DNA of 63,172 bases, filler included, from Octopus bimaculoides (Eukaryota), in NCBI RefSeq assembly GCF_001194135.2. It is 8 parts of 7 records of this genome, joined end to end, with 100 filler letters (N's around TTAATTAATTAA, not from the genome) between each part and the next. Parts side by side here need not be neighbours in the genome. Positions count along the whole stretch, not along the records: positions 60,566 to 63,172 come from NW_026425952.1; 7 more parts are not named here. The stretch is one strand, 5' to 3'. The translations under genes and the position numbers were made by a program. Positions 61,421 through 63,172 of this stretch are shown here, piece by piece (position 1 is the stretch's first letter; each line of letters opens with the position of its first letter). Below the pieces are notes generated by a model, which made no database searches, was not told the origin of the DNA, and was given only the letters and a program-made list of their open reading frames with translations.

Positions 61421-61842
61421 TCACACATACGTATGTTATAATGTATATATTGACATTCACACTTTGTGTGATATATATATATATATATATGAATGATATG
61501 AAAGGAAGAAAATGGAGAATTATGGTATGAGTGGAAATCGAGCCGGTGTGTGTGTTAGTTAATGAGGCATAAAGACAAAATTACTCTCCCCAGACAACAC
61601 AACATATATATAGATGTAAACTATATACATTTCTTCAGGCATTCTGAAAAATGTGTGTGTATTTGTATACATAATCTTTGAATATATAGATGTGTGTGTG
61701 TGTGTGTGGGTATATATATTTCCCTGTCTTGTTTTCCGTCCGCCCCTACCCTCCACGAAAAAAATTTAATTTGTGTTCGTGGGAAGAACCATTTTAACGA
61801 TGCGTACTGCCTTATTTCTTCGAAACGCCGGTGTTTTAATGG

Positions 61843-62118
61843 TGGCAGCTAATGAAGGAGATGTTTCTATGTGGCCTGCTTGTTTGTTGTACCTTGTTTA
61901 CCATTTTGTCCATGTTCTTTTGCCACGTCATGTACCCAGTTATGTATCTATATGTACATGTAGATGAAGGTATGTACATGCATGTACATACCTTCATCTA
62001 CATGTACATATAGATACATAACTGGGTACATGACGTGGCAAAAGAACATGGACAAAATGGTAAACAAGGTACAACAAACAAGCAGGCCACATAGAAACAT
62101 CTCCTTCATTAGCTGCCA
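61843..62118. repeat. Perfect 276-bp palindrome (138-bp arms, no spacer) ending at a gap
   Basis: Centre gtacatg|catgtac at 61980/61981; arms are exact reverse complements by inspection. Confidence 0.93.
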
Positions 62119-62456
62119 NNNNNNNNNNNNNNNNNNNNNNNNNNNNNNNNNNNNNNNNNNNNNNNNNNNNNNNNNNNNNNNNNNNNNNNNNNNNNNNNNN
62201 NNNNNNNNNNNNNNNNNNNNNNNNNNNNNNNNNNNNNNNNNNNNNNNNNNNNNNNNNNNNNNNNNNNNNNNNNAAAGCCACATCAGATGCCATGAAAGGG
62301 CTAAGGTGTAGGTGCAGGAGGTGGTCAAACTCTGTTTAAGGAGTAGACAACCACCATATATATATATATATATTAGTTGGAATTTACAGAAGACGAAGGG
62401 AGGTGAAGGAACAACAAGCAGGTGTATTAGTTTGACGCTTTGGAAGAATTGGAAAG

Positions 62457-62494
62457 TCTTTGACGTTTCGAGCCTACGCTCTTCGACAGAAAGA
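62457..62494 (-). ncRNA. Hammerhead-ribozyme-like motif (variant core)
   Basis: UCUUU-CUGUCGA-A-GAGC(GUAG)GCUC-GAAAC-GUC-AAAGA. Confidence 0.55.
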
Positions 62495-63172
62495 GTTGAG
62501 AGTGGGAGAATATGGAGGAAGAACGGGGGGGGGGACAGAGAGAGGAAAAATGTGTTGGGATTGACGGGTCAACTTGATGAAGTGACTGGGAGAAATATAT
62601 GCAGTGTACTTTATTACATATATGCATTTTTGTAGATACAAAAACACGTGTGTATGTGCCTGTTCTATATACATGTGAATATATGCACGTGTGTCATTCT
62701 CCCCACACGCAACCATGCTTCAATATATATGTGTGTGTATATGTGTGTATATATATTTGCATATATGTATGTATATATATATATATGCATATATACACAT
62801 ACATACCTCCACGTTCTATATATATATATATATACACACCACATATACATAGTATAAATACAGTAGTTGGTAATGAACTATTCACACCCATGTATAAATA
62901 CACATACTTGCAGTTGTGTGTTTATATATGTATATACACATGTATATACATACACACACCATCTACTCGTCTATCTATTTATCTACCTACCTACCTACCT
63001 ATCTATCTATCTATCTACTTCTCTGCCTATCTATCTATCTGTATATATAGGGTTTGGTGATGCAAAACTGGGTGTATATAATGATATTGATAACCCTTTC
63101 TACTATAGGTACTAGGCCTGAAATTTTAAGGGAGGGGACTAGTCGATTACATGGACCTCAGTACACAACTGG

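Overview
This is AT-rich, microsatellite-laden animal genomic DNA from a gapped draft assembly. The repeat vocabulary resembles what I recall of Octopus genomes (inference, not verified). Seven identical 100-bp spacers (N44-TTAATTAATTAA-N44) show that the window is a concatenation of eight segments that may not be contiguous in vivo. Segment 1 (1-31082) holds the 3' half of cohesin SMC3 on the minus strand: 16 exons, 6931-29839, 602 aa plus stop, from the hinge end through the ABC signature, Walker B and C-terminus. The exon chain keeps frame only if intron 24378-26059 is spliced as a U12-type AT-AC intron, and that intron has textbook donor and branch motifs. The 5' half of SMC3 is not in the window. 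The rest is mostly decayed mobile DNA: Helitron, RTE LINEs with a PHD-like finger inside the RT, R4/Dong-like LINEs, Penelope GIY-YIG fragments, mariner/Tc1, piggyBac, a hATm-like element, a GC-rich hAT, Gypsy and tRNA-derived SINEs. The best leads are the AT-AC intron, a recurrent hammerhead-ribozyme-like motif with a variant core (CUGUCGA), a LINE/SINE shared 3' tail, and the GC-rich hAT with an in-frame GT-AG interruption. Several duplications and a palindrome next to gaps look like assembly artefacts. I found no prokaryote-type system such as CRISPR or an operon.
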